Shown here piece by piece: positions 7,620 through 15,519 of a stretch of DNA of 32,000 nucleotides; position 1 is the first letter of the stretch; every line of letters starts with the position of its first letter. The DNA is from Xylanibacter ruminicola 23. GTDB taxonomy: Bacteria > Bacteroidota > Bacteroidia > Bacteroidales > Bacteroidaceae. The notes under the pieces are model-generated. The model was not told the origin of the DNA. It saw only the letters and a list, made by a program, of their open reading frames with translations, and ran no database searches. Position numbers and translations under genes: made by a program. Location: assembly GCF_000025925.1 (NCBI RefSeq), contig NC_014033.1, forward strand, positions 1,890,001-1,922,000, given 5' to 3'.

Positions 7620-8192
7620 TTATCGCAGCATGTACACCAGCTGCAGACTGGCCGCTGTAGGCCCTAAGTAGTGCATATAGCACCTGCGGCTTACGACCCG
7701 CGTACGGGGCTCGGCGTAACGGCGGTAGTCGTTATAGGCATAGCCAAGGGTGAGCGAGGACTCGAGCCCCCAACGGCTACTCAGTGTAAAATGCCAGCCA
7801 GCGGTAACGCCCACCGAGTAGAAGTTGCCCTGTATGCGCTCGTCCTTGAGCTTGAACACGGGCAGGCCAGCCATATTGTAAACGCGCCAGTGAGCCGACG
7901 GACCAATGAACGGCCCCGTAAACGGCGCACGGAACCAGAAGCGGGCTTCGGGCTGCACCTTCAGGGTGCGCAGGTAGTGGTTTGTGCTCTGATAAGCGGG
8001 CATCCACTCTACATCCGCGTTCAGTGTCCAACGGTGACCGATAGTGAACTCCGCGCCCAGCGACGGTACCGTCAGGGCATCACTCAGCAGATTGGTTTTC
8101 ACAGCCAGCTCCTGAGCAGAGCCTGTAATGGATGCCAGCATCACCGCCGAGACCATCGCTGCGCGAACTTTATGATATATCTTCATACACAT
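7620..8192 (-). CDS. DUF3575-like small outer-membrane beta-barrel protein; first gene of the pilus operon
   Basis: 190 aa. Signal peptide followed by the KTNLLSDAL motif typical of DUF3575, with alternating beta-strand-like segments ending in an aromatic-rich C-terminus. An alternative start is MKIYHK at 8186. Confidence 0.75.
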   Translation of the reverse strand: MCMKIYHKVRAAMVSAVMLASITGSAQELAVKTNLLSDALTVPSLGAEFTIGHRWTLNADVEWMPAYQSTNHYLRTLKVQPEARFWFRAPFTGPFIGPSAHWRVYNMAGLPVFKLKDERIQGNFYSVGVTAGWHFTLSSRWGLESSLTLGYAYNDYRRYAEPRTRVVSRRCYMHYLGPTAASLQLVYMLR

Positions 8193-8217
8193 TCCATTTT
8201 TCCTTCTCCCCGTACAT

Positions 8218-8236
8218 TCCTATTATCAATAGGAGT
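8218..8236. repeat. Left arm of a 19-bp perfect inverted repeat (IR-L), 26 nt upstream of the DUF3575 start codon
   Basis: tcctattatcaataggagt at 8218-8236 equals the reverse complement of 9411-9429 (actcctattgataatagga). The match extends to 22 bp with one mismatch (8215-8236 vs 9411-9432). Each arm is also an internal 7-3-7 palindrome. Confidence 0.85.
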
Positions 8237-8263
8237 ATATCATTCTATTAAAAATATTATGCG

Positions 8264-8271
8264 TACCTTTG
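8264..8271 (+). promoter_or_regulatory. Bacteroidetes -7 promoter box (TAnnTTTG) for the integrase gene
   Basis: TACCTTTG followed by cagc, 28 nt upstream of the ATG at 8299. Confidence 0.5.
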
Positions 8272-8298
8272 CAGCCTAAATTAAATGATTAATGGATT

Positions 8299-9276
8299 AT
8301 GAACATACTATCAACTATCAGGATTAACAAATTGGCATCACACTGCTTGAGAGCCATCATCAACAAGAAAGGCAAATCAGAAACGGTTTCTGTCATCAGT
8401 CTGCTGCGCCAGACAATCAACGAAACCAAATCGCAACACAAAACCAGTACCCATAAGAATCAGGTGACAGCCGTCAATGCCTTCCAACGGTTCTTGCACG
8501 AAACCATGCAAACGTTAGAAACCGTCACGATTGATGAGCTGACACCCGAGACCATCAAGTCCTTCGAGAACTGGGCCATCGGCGAAGGGTTCAAACCTAA
8601 CTACGTAGCGCTACATATGCGCTGCCTGCGCACTCTGATCAACAAAATCAATGGCCGAGGCTCCGAACTGTTCAAACATGTGTGTACGACCAACCGTCAG
8701 ACAGAGAAACGTGCCGTAGGCAAGGAAACCATCAAACAGATCCGTGAACTGCATCTGCCATCAGATTCCAACATGGCCCTAGCACGCGACATCTTCTTGT
8801 TTTGTTTCTACGGCATGGGCATTCCCCTTATTGATGCCGTGATGCTTAAGAAGTCGCAACTGCGCGATGGGTACATCATATATAACAGGCACAAAACCAA
8901 CCGCATGGTGAAGGTGCCAGTATGCCAAGAGTTACAACTGTTGCTGGAACGCTTGCCCTCTAACGATTCGCCATACCTGCTACCGGTCATTACCAATGAT
9001 AAGACAGATAAGATGAAACAATACAGGAGTTTTTACCAGCGCTATATGCGTAGTCTAAAGAAATTAACCCTGCTCTCAGGTATCGAGTGTCGCCTCACGT
9101 CCTACACCCCACGTCACACATGGGCAAGCATTGCCTACAGGAACGGAGTCAACATCAACAACATTGCACAAGCCCTTGGACATGCCAATACCAATATTAC
9201 CTATTTATATATAAAAGAACTGAGTTGCTGGCATCTGGAGACCGCCAACAAAATTGTAATGCAGGCCGTTCAGTAA
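8299..9276 (+). CDS. Tyrosine-type site-specific recombinase/integrase, divergent from the pilus operon
   Basis: 325 aa with an N-terminal SAM-like DNA-binding region. The C-terminal catalytic motifs are YTPRHTWAS (H-x-x-R box) and LGHANTNITYLY (His...Tyr nucleophile). The box I arginine is not at its usual position: GMGIPLID appears where TGxRxxD is expected. Confidence 0.85.
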   Translation: MNILSTIRINKLASHCLRAIINKKGKSETVSVISLLRQTINETKSQHKTSTHKNQVTAVNAFQRFLHETMQTLETVTIDELTPETIKSFENWAIGEGFKPNYVALHMRCLRTLINKINGRGSELFKHVCTTNRQTEKRAVGKETIKQIRELHLPSDSNMALARDIFLFCFYGMGIPLIDAVMLKKSQLRDGYIIYNRHKTNRMVKVPVCQELQLLLERLPSNDSPYLLPVITNDKTDKMKQYRSFYQRYMRSLKKLTLLSGIECRLTSYTPRHTWASIAYRNGVNINNIAQALGHANTNITYLYIKELSCWHLETANKIVMQAVQ

Positions 9277-9388
9277 ATAAATGCCTATTTTTTATCTATA
9301 AAAGTGGTTTAACCACCCTGATTAGTTAATTAAGCTTAAAATTTGGTTGTTTTTAATTATAAAATAGTATTACAATAATTTAAAAGCT

Positions 9389-9396
9389 TATATTTG
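9389..9396 (+). promoter_or_regulatory. TAnnTTTG -7 box pointing outward across IR-R
   Basis: TATATTTG followed by caccc, the same 12-mer TATATTTGCACC as the SusC promoter box at 23041. It lies 15 nt before IR-R and is immediately followed by the long hairpin at 9404-9438. Confidence 0.45.
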
Positions 9397-9403
9397 CACC
9401 CAG

Positions 9404-9445
9404 AAACCGCACTCCTATTGATAATAGGATTGCGGTTTTATAATG
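9404..9445 (+). terminator. Strong hairpin plus U-run, an intrinsic-terminator-like element that embeds IR-R
   Basis: aaaccgcaCtcctatt-gat-aataggaTtgcggttt forms 15 bp with one C/T mismatch and a 3-nt loop. The GC-clamped base ccgc/gcgg is followed by ttttataa. It could terminate the integrase transcript and/or transcripts from the 9389 box. Confidence 0.5.
9411..9429. repeat. Right arm of the 19-bp perfect inverted repeat (IR-R)
   Basis: actcctattgataatagga is the exact reverse complement of 8218-8236. Confidence 0.85.
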
Positions 9446-9494
9446 CCCACAACAAAAAAACGACCAAAAGTTTGGAAGTTTCGGATAATCATCG

Positions 9495-9502
9495 TATCTT
9501 TG
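9495..9502 (+). promoter_or_regulatory. TAnnTTTG -7 box upstream of the small ORF/vapD pair
   Basis: TATCTTTG followed by cagc, 23 nt upstream of the ATG at 9525. Confidence 0.45.
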
Positions 9503-9524
9503 CAGCGGATAATGAATATAGAAT

Positions 9525-9704
9525 ATGGAACCAAAGATTGGAGACAAGATGAAAGTTAGTCCACAGTTGACTGCACAGTCAGACTGGATTGATGGTGAAG
9601 TGATTGATGTTGAACACAATCCGTATATGGGGCTCATCATTTCAATTAAGGATAAGCTCGGAAGAATATTCTTCGGACAGAGTCGTTTCTTTATAGCCTT
9701 GTAA
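9525..9704 (+). CDS. Small hypothetical protein (59 aa) immediately upstream of vapD; candidate partner/antitoxin
   Basis: Translated by hand because it falls below the ORF-track length cutoff: [59 protein letters not shown]. The TAA stop at 9702-9704 lies 7 nt before the vapD ATG, and a promoter box sits just upstream. No family was recognised. Confidence 0.45.
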   Translation: MEPKIGDKMKVSPQLTAQSDWIDGEVIDVEHNPYMGLIISIKDKLGRIFFGQSRFFIAL

Positions 9705-9711
9705 TAGCAGA

Positions 9712-9996
9712 ATGTTTGCAATCGCTTTTGATATGGACATAAAGGAACTCCGTAGTACTTACGGAGAGCCTTATAATAATGCATACTACGAAATAAAGAT
9801 TTTACTTCGTAATTATAACTTTTATAATACTCAAGGTAGCGTTTATCTAACAGATAAAGACGATATGGCAAATCTTTTTGCTGCAATCTATGCCTTGAAG
9901 AAGATTAAATGGTTTAAATCTTCAGTTCGAGACATTCGAGCATTTAAGGTTGAGAACTGGTCTGATTTCACTGATATAGTTAAAGCAGAAGATTAG
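9712..9996 (+). CDS. vapD: VapD (virulence-associated protein D) family, a Cas2-like endoribonuclease
   Basis: 94 aa. It is collinear with my recollection of Haemophilus VapD: M(F/Y)AIAFD..., TQGSVY/LY, DMANLF, and SVRDIRAF(K/R)(V/I)E(N/Q)WSDFTD near the C-terminus. Confidence 0.85.
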   Translation: MFAIAFDMDIKELRSTYGEPYNNAYYEIKILLRNYNFYNTQGSVYLTDKDDMANLFAAIYALKKIKWFKSSVRDIRAFKVENWSDFTDIVKAED

Positions 9997-10053
9997 GATG
10001 TTTCGAAGAACCGGTGCATCTTAACAGCCAAATATAACTTTTCATAAAATAAG

Positions 10054-10096
10054 AAACCGCCCTGACGAGTCGCTACTCATGGGGCGGTTTTCAAAA
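10054..10096. terminator. Bidirectional intrinsic terminator between vapD (+) and susD-like (-)
   Basis: aaaccgccc (10054-10062) pairs with gggcggttt (10082-10090), and the loop has an inner gagt/actc pairing. T-runs follow on both strands: tttc aaaaaa on plus, tttcttatttt on minus. Confidence 0.6.
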
Positions 10097-10164
10097 AACA
10101 ACTAACCTTAATTAATCTGCTAACATTTAATATGTATGAACCAAATTATGTCTAGTTGGTAGAA

Positions 10165-12300
10165 TTAATAACCAGGGTTCTGCCAAGCCTTCTTGTCGGC
10201 ATCGCTCAGGTTGGTACCATCCTCGTTCTGCAGAGTATCAATGAACTTCTGAGGAATAGGACGATACATGTGACGGTCCTGTACGTTAGGTGCAGCCTCG
10301 GGGTTGAAAGCCTTGGCACGCTTAACCAGCAGTCCGGTACGAGCCAGCTCATCCCAACGGTTCCACTCACCTAACAGCTCACGAGTACGCTCGTTGAATA
10401 CGAAGTTAAGCATACGATCGTAATCGCTGGTTGCACCAATCTCCTTCAGGATAGCCTCATCCTCGGCAGGCAGCTGAGTGTAGCTCTTGATCTGCAGATC
10501 AGAAGCATCGGTAGTCTCGGCAATACCTGTTGAGAGGTAATAAGTATTGGTGTGAGTCATTGAGTAAGCGTAAGCCTCGGCATTAGTGAGTTGCTTACCA
10601 CTCTTATCCTTGTTCTTCTTAGGAGTGATGCTGGCAGCTGTAGAGTTATCGGTGATACCACCATCGCTCTTCAGGAAGGCCATCGAACCATCGGTGTAGT
10701 AGCTACGATCCTCACCCTTCTTCCACTGACCACGGGCACGCAGCACGTTAACAGTGTTGATAGCCTCCTGGTAGTTACCCATACGAACCTGGCACTCGGC
10801 CTTAACCAGATAGGTCTCACCACTACGAGCCATGATTACATCGCGGTGGGCATCGCCCTTCTCACCGGTACGGCTACCGTCGGCAGTCTTGTTGATACCG
10901 CAGAATACGTTTGAGGTTGAGGGGTTACCAGTATAGGTGTTCAGCACGTACTTGCCATCCTGGAAAGTAACGAAAGCATTGGGCACCCACTTACCTGTAA
11001 GAGGATTAACAAAGCTGTGTACATCGCCACCACGACCGAATGTTCCGTAAGGATTGCCATCGAAACGAGCATCGCTCTTCTTGTTCAGGATGAAGATGAT
11101 ACCCTCGTCGCCCAGATCGGGAACCTGATCGGCTGTGATACCGTTCTGTGAAATCACGTCGGCATCCTTCTTAGCAGCATGGTTCAAACCGTAAACGGTC
11201 TTGAAGGTCTTCCACATACGGGCATCGTTCACATTATCGTAAACAGAGTAAGCATACTCAGTAGGACGGCAGCGCTGGAAGTCCATACCACCGATGTACT
11301 GGCCACGCTGAACCCAACCACCTGAGAAGTTAGAGAACTGAGGATCGAAGTAGTTATAGGTACGGTTACCGAAACGACCCTGAGTGGTCTTATCCTCATT
11401 GTGCTCGGCAGCCATCAGGATTTCATCCAAGCCCTCGTTAGGACAGTCGATACCAGTCCACTTAGCATACAGATCCCAGTAGTCAGATGCCAGAGGACAT
11501 GCTGCAATCACCTCGTCGCAAAGAGAGATGGCACGATTCAGGTCGGTAGCCTTATCGTACTTAGATGCCCAAGAGGCGCAACGCTCACTCTGACGATACA
11601 GCAGGGCCTTAGCCAGGAAGTGGGCTGCAGTGTACTTGGTCCAAGTACCATTACCACGCCACTTATCCTTTGGCAGCATCTTATAAGCATTCTCGAAATC
11701 GTCGATAATCAGGTTCAGAGTCTCCTCCTCGCTGGCACGGGTAAAGCTCTTCTTAACAGTACCATTGGCAGGCTCGGTCTCGAGTACCACGCCACCATAC
11801 TGGCAGAACAGGCGATAGTAGTTGTAACCACGCAGGAAGTGAGCCTCGCCAAGTGCCTTGTTACGCGAATCTTCCTTAGTAACGTTATCGGCCTTGCTGA
11901 TAATCAGGTTGGCGGTAGAGATACCGTAGTACATCTGATCCCAGAGAGCTGATACGGCAGGACAGTTCTTGTTAGCAGCACCCAGAGCAGGTGTACAGTC
12001 CTGAGGATTCAAACGGTTATCGTATGTGTTCCAAGGCTCGGCGGTCAGGTCGGCTCCATTGGTAAACTCATCGCAACCATAAAGGGTAATACCGTAAGCC
12101 CACTCGTAACCGAAGTGCCAGCGGATGTTACCATAGAGTCCGGCAGCCATCTTCAAAGCACCAGCCTCGTCTTCCAGCAGTGCATCCGAATAAAGATGTC
12201 CAGCATCCTCCTTCAGGAAATCGTTGCCACATGAGGTTGCACCCAGCAGGGTAACCATCGACAGCGCACCGCAAACTATTTTATTGCTGATATATTTCAT
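10165..12300 (-). CDS. SusD/RagB-family nutrient-binding outer-membrane lipoprotein (PUL 1)
   Basis: 711 aa with lipoprotein signal ...LLGATSCGNDFL. It has the SusD-like TPR-rich N-terminal half (YRLFCQYGGV, ALLYRQ) and follows a SusC-like gene after a 39-nt gap. Confidence 0.9.
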   Translation of the reverse strand: MKYISNKIVCGALSMVTLLGATSCGNDFLKEDAGHLYSDALLEDEAGALKMAAGLYGNIRWHFGYEWAYGITLYGCDEFTNGADLTAEPWNTYDNRLNPQDCTPALGAANKNCPAVSALWDQMYYGISTANLIISKADNVTKEDSRNKALGEAHFLRGYNYYRLFCQYGGVVLETEPANGTVKKSFTRASEEETLNLIIDDFENAYKMLPKDKWRGNGTWTKYTAAHFLAKALLYRQSERCASWASKYDKATDLNRAISLCDEVIAACPLASDYWDLYAKWTGIDCPNEGLDEILMAAEHNEDKTTQGRFGNRTYNYFDPQFSNFSGGWVQRGQYIGGMDFQRCRPTEYAYSVYDNVNDARMWKTFKTVYGLNHAAKKDADVISQNGITADQVPDLGDEGIIFILNKKSDARFDGNPYGTFGRGGDVHSFVNPLTGKWVPNAFVTFQDGKYVLNTYTGNPSTSNVFCGINKTADGSRTGEKGDAHRDVIMARSGETYLVKAECQVRMGNYQEAINTVNVLRARGQWKKGEDRSYYTDGSMAFLKSDGGITDNSTAASITPKKNKDKSGKQLTNAEAYAYSMTHTNTYYLSTGIAETTDASDLQIKSYTQLPAEDEAILKEIGATSDYDRMLNFVFNERTRELLGEWNRWDELARTGLLVKRAKAFNPEAAPNVQDRHMYRPIPQKFIDTLQNEDGTNLSDADKKAWQNPGY

Positions 12301-12339
12301 AATTATCTCATTTTTACATTTTATAATTGTTGCATTTTC

Positions 12340-15300
12340 TTAGAAGTCAACCTGCACACCAGCAGTTACACCACGATTGAAGTAAGTACGGCCGGTATCG
12401 AGATCCATAAAATCGATTGAAGAATAGAGCATACCCAGGTTGCGGCCCTGAACATAGAGCTTCAAACCATTCAGACCGATGCTCTTGAGCACCTTCTTAT
12501 CGAAGTTGTAACCCAGAGACAGGTTGCGGATCTTGATGAACGATGCATTCTTGAATCCAAGCAGACCAGAATAGGGGTCACCACCAGCCTGGCTGTAAAC
12601 AGGCTTCTGCCACTCGGCGCCAGTATTGCTTGGTGTCCAGTAGCTGATTTCGCGCTGCTGATACATACCCAGCTGGCCCTCGCCACCGGTACTAACCATG
12701 TACTTGAAACGACCCTGCAGATCGAGTGTGAGCTCGAAGCCCTTCCAGCTGATGGTGTTGCTCCAACCAGCGGTGAGGCGTGGGTTCTTGTTACCCAGGA
12801 TAACACGGTCGTCGGCATTAATCTTGTAGTCGCCGTTCTGGTCAACAGGACGTACGCTACCAGCAGTAAACTTCTCGCCGTTCTCGTTGAACTTAGCCAT
12901 CTCGGCAGCGTCGCTCTCCTGCCAGATACCATTAGCAGCATAACCGTAGTAAACGGCGATTGACTGACCGATGAACCAAGCATTATTTACATCATCCTCC
13001 TTACCATTGGCCAGCTCAACAATCTCGTCCTTCTGCCAAGCCAGGTTCAGGTTAGAGTTCCAGGTAAAGTCCTTAGTCAATACAGGGATAGTGTTCAGAG
13101 TAAGCTCAATACCCTTGTTCTTGGTCTTACCCACGTTGGTCTTCATTGAAGGATAACCAGAGAGTGAAGGAATGCTCATATCAAGAATCAGATCGCTGGT
13201 GCGAGAGGTGTACATATCGATGGTACCACCGATGCGGCCCTTCAGGAAGCTGAAGTCGATACCAAGGTTCCACTGTGTGGTCTTCTCCCAACCCAGGTTC
13301 TTGTTAGGCATCTGCACCTGACTGTTAGAATAGTAAGGCTCGTTGGTAACCAGAATCTGTGAGTTACCAGTGCTGAATGGCATCCAGTAAGAGTTGATGA
13401 GACCGAGTGTTCCGTAAGGAGATACGGCAGCGTTACCAGTAACACCCACACCCAGACGAAGCTTCAACTGATCAAGCCATGATACGTTCTTCAGGAACTC
13501 CTCCTGCTCCATGCGCCATCCTAAGGCCATTGATGGGAAGAAATCCCACTTCTTACCCTCGGCCAGTACCGAAGCACCATCCCAACGGGCTGAAGCTGTG
13601 AGCAGATAACGATCCATGTACGAGTAGTTAACGCGAGCCATGTAAGAAGCCAGCTGACTGCCAGAAGTACCTGAACCGATACCTACCTTATACTTGGTGT
13701 CGGTTACATCTACAGCACCCAGGTTGTTCCACAGGAACGAAGGAATGGGCACATTCTCCTCGCTGATGCTGCTGCTCTCCGACTTAGTCTTCGAAGCACT
13801 CTGCAACAGGGTTACACCTACAGTATGCTCGCCGAATGTACGGTTGTACATCAGCATGTTATCCAGTGTCCAAGCCAGCTGATGACCATCGCCACGGCTA
13901 ACGGTGTTGTTACCCCCGGCACGGCTGATAGAGCTGGCATCCAAGAAGTTACCATTACGATAGTAACGGAACTCAGGACCGAACTGTGTCTTCCACATCA
14001 AACCCTGCAGAGGCTCGTAGATCTGACCGAGGTCAATCTGAGCATAGAAGCTACCCAACAAGCGGAAGTTCTGACGCTCATCGGTACTCTTGGTCCACTC
14101 ATCAATAATAGAATAGGTGTTAGTGGTTGAACCACCAGGCTGTGTAATCAGGTCGCCATTCTCGTCGTAAGGCAAGGTGTAACGCAGGATAGCCTTGGCA
14201 GCACCGTACAGATCGGTAGGACCTGAGCTGGTACCATAAGCCTTAGAGTAACCATACTGCTGGATGCCATACGAAGCATTGAACGAACCACCGGTCTTGA
14301 ACCACTTGTTACCCTTTACATCAGCACTGGCCGAGAAGTTGTAACGCTCAAAGGTCTGACCCTTCTGAGTACCCTCGTTACGCAGATAACCGAAAGATAC
14401 GAAACCGGCAATATTCTTGGTACCACCACGGGCACTGAGAGTGTGCTCCTGAGTAAGACCGGTCTGGGTCACCATGTCGGTCCAATCGGTATCGGTCACC
14501 TTCGAACCATCCCATGTTCCACCGGCCCAACCTTTCATCACGTTGGCCAGAGCTGTATCATCACCACCAAAGAAGTTCTTATCCTGCTCCATGGTTGGCT
14601 GATCGCCAGGAGTGTACTTATCGGGGCTCATGTTGTAGTAAGCCCAACGGCGCCATGTGATATAATCGCTGGCACTCATAGCAGGACTCTTATCTACAAT
14701 CTTCTCGAAAGTGAGCGATCCGCTATAGCTAACCTGCATCTTGCCTTCCTGTCCACGCTTGGTTGTTACCAGAACAACACCGTTGGCACCACGGCTACCA
14801 TAGATAGCGGTTGAAGAGGCATCCTTCAGAATGTCGATGCTCTCGATATCACGAGGGTTCAGAGCGTCGAGGCTGGTTGCCTGAAGGGGCACACCATCAA
14901 CAACGTAGAGAGGACCCTTACCTGCAGAGATTGAACGCTGACCACGGATAGCAATGCTACCTACGGTACCTGGGCGCTCGCTGGTGGTGATATCCACACC
15001 GGCAGCCTTACCCTGCAAAGCCTCGAATGCATTGTTTACTGGACGGGCGTTCAGCTCTTTCTCGCCTACACGTGTGAGCGCACCTGTTACATCGCTCTTA
15101 CGCTGAACACCATAACCTACTACTACCACTTCGTCGAGCAACTGCTTATCCTCCTCGAGGGTAATCTTAATGTCGCTCTTACCACCAAGGGCAATAGTCT
15201 GTGAACGATAACCTACATAACTAATAACGAGGTTACCTTTTGCGGGAGCGTTAGCAACAGTGAACTTACCGTCGAAATCGGTAACGGTACCATTGCTGGT

Positions 15301-15477
15301 TCCCTTAACAACGACACTTGCGCCGATGATTGGCTCGCCCTGTACATCGACGACAGTACCGGTTACTTTGTTCTGAGCGAATGCGCCAATAGCAAACACT
15401 GCGAACAGAACCGTAAACATCAACCTCTGGAGCATGCCCCAGCTGTTGTTCAGACTTGATTTACCAATGTCCTTCAT
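12340..15477 (-). CDS. SusC/RagA-family TonB-dependent outer-membrane transporter (PUL 1)
   Basis: 1045 aa. Carboxypeptidase-regulatory-like N-domain (KVTGTVVDVQGEPIIGASVVVKGTSNGTVTDFDGKFT). Plug motifs (DEVVVVGYG, ITTSERPGT, PLYVVDGVP, IESIDILKDASSTAIYGSRGANGVVLVTTKRG). C-terminal beta-barrel ending in F. An alternative start is MLQRLMF at 15435. Confidence 0.93.
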   Translation of the reverse strand: MKDIGKSSLNNSWGMLQRLMFTVLFAVFAIGAFAQNKVTGTVVDVQGEPIIGASVVVKGTSNGTVTDFDGKFTVANAPAKGNLVISYVGYRSQTIALGGKSDIKITLEEDKQLLDEVVVVGYGVQRKSDVTGALTRVGEKELNARPVNNAFEALQGKAAGVDITTSERPGTVGSIAIRGQRSISAGKGPLYVVDGVPLQATSLDALNPRDIESIDILKDASSTAIYGSRGANGVVLVTTKRGQEGKMQVSYSGSLTFEKIVDKSPAMSASDYITWRRWAYYNMSPDKYTPGDQPTMEQDKNFFGGDDTALANVMKGWAGGTWDGSKVTDTDWTDMVTQTGLTQEHTLSARGGTKNIAGFVSFGYLRNEGTQKGQTFERYNFSASADVKGNKWFKTGGSFNASYGIQQYGYSKAYGTSSGPTDLYGAAKAILRYTLPYDENGDLITQPGGSTTNTYSIIDEWTKSTDERQNFRLLGSFYAQIDLGQIYEPLQGLMWKTQFGPEFRYYRNGNFLDASSISRAGGNNTVSRGDGHQLAWTLDNMLMYNRTFGEHTVGVTLLQSASKTKSESSSISEENVPIPSFLWNNLGAVDVTDTKYKVGIGSGTSGSQLASYMARVNYSYMDRYLLTASARWDGASVLAEGKKWDFFPSMALGWRMEQEEFLKNVSWLDQLKLRLGVGVTGNAAVSPYGTLGLINSYWMPFSTGNSQILVTNEPYYSNSQVQMPNKNLGWEKTTQWNLGIDFSFLKGRIGGTIDMYTSRTSDLILDMSIPSLSGYPSMKTNVGKTKNKGIELTLNTIPVLTKDFTWNSNLNLAWQKDEIVELANGKEDDVNNAWFIGQSIAVYYGYAANGIWQESDAAEMAKFNENGEKFTAGSVRPVDQNGDYKINADDRVILGNKNPRLTAGWSNTISWKGFELTLDLQGRFKYMVSTGGEGQLGMYQQREISYWTPSNTGAEWQKPVYSQAGGDPYSGLLGFKNASFIKIRNLSLGYNFDKKVLKSIGLNGLKLYVQGRNLGMLYSSIDFMDLDTGRTYFNRGVTAGVQVDF

Positions 15478-15519
15478 ACTGTGTTAATTTTTTGAATTTA
15501 TAGTTTTGAAATAAAATTT

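Larger units (their letters stand above)
8218..9429. other. Candidate invertible DNA segment carrying the recombinase gene and an outward-facing promoter box
   Basis: Bounded by the 19-bp inverted repeat. It contains the integrase gene with its own TACCTTTG box, plus a TATATTTG box at 9389-9396 that points out across IR-R. The architecture is analogous to the Salmonella Hin H-segment. No experimental or read-level evidence is available here. Confidence 0.4.

Noticed and set aside
8299-9276. The integrase as a marker of an integrated mobile element (ICE or prophage border)
   Set aside because: No tRNA target, direct att-like repeats, or transfer or phage genes are visible. The only repeats flanking it are inverted, which points to inversion rather than integration or excision.
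9380-9886. 168-aa minus-strand ORF overlapping the small ORF and vapD
   Set aside because: It is a low-complexity Tyr/Lys/Leu/Ile-rich product typical of a random frame in AT-rich DNA. It overlaps a confidently recognised vapD and a promoter-preceded plus-strand ORF.
9277-10160. A CRISPR array or cas locus, considered because VapD is Cas2-like
   Set aside because: No regularly spaced direct repeats and no other cas-like ORFs are present in or around the islet.
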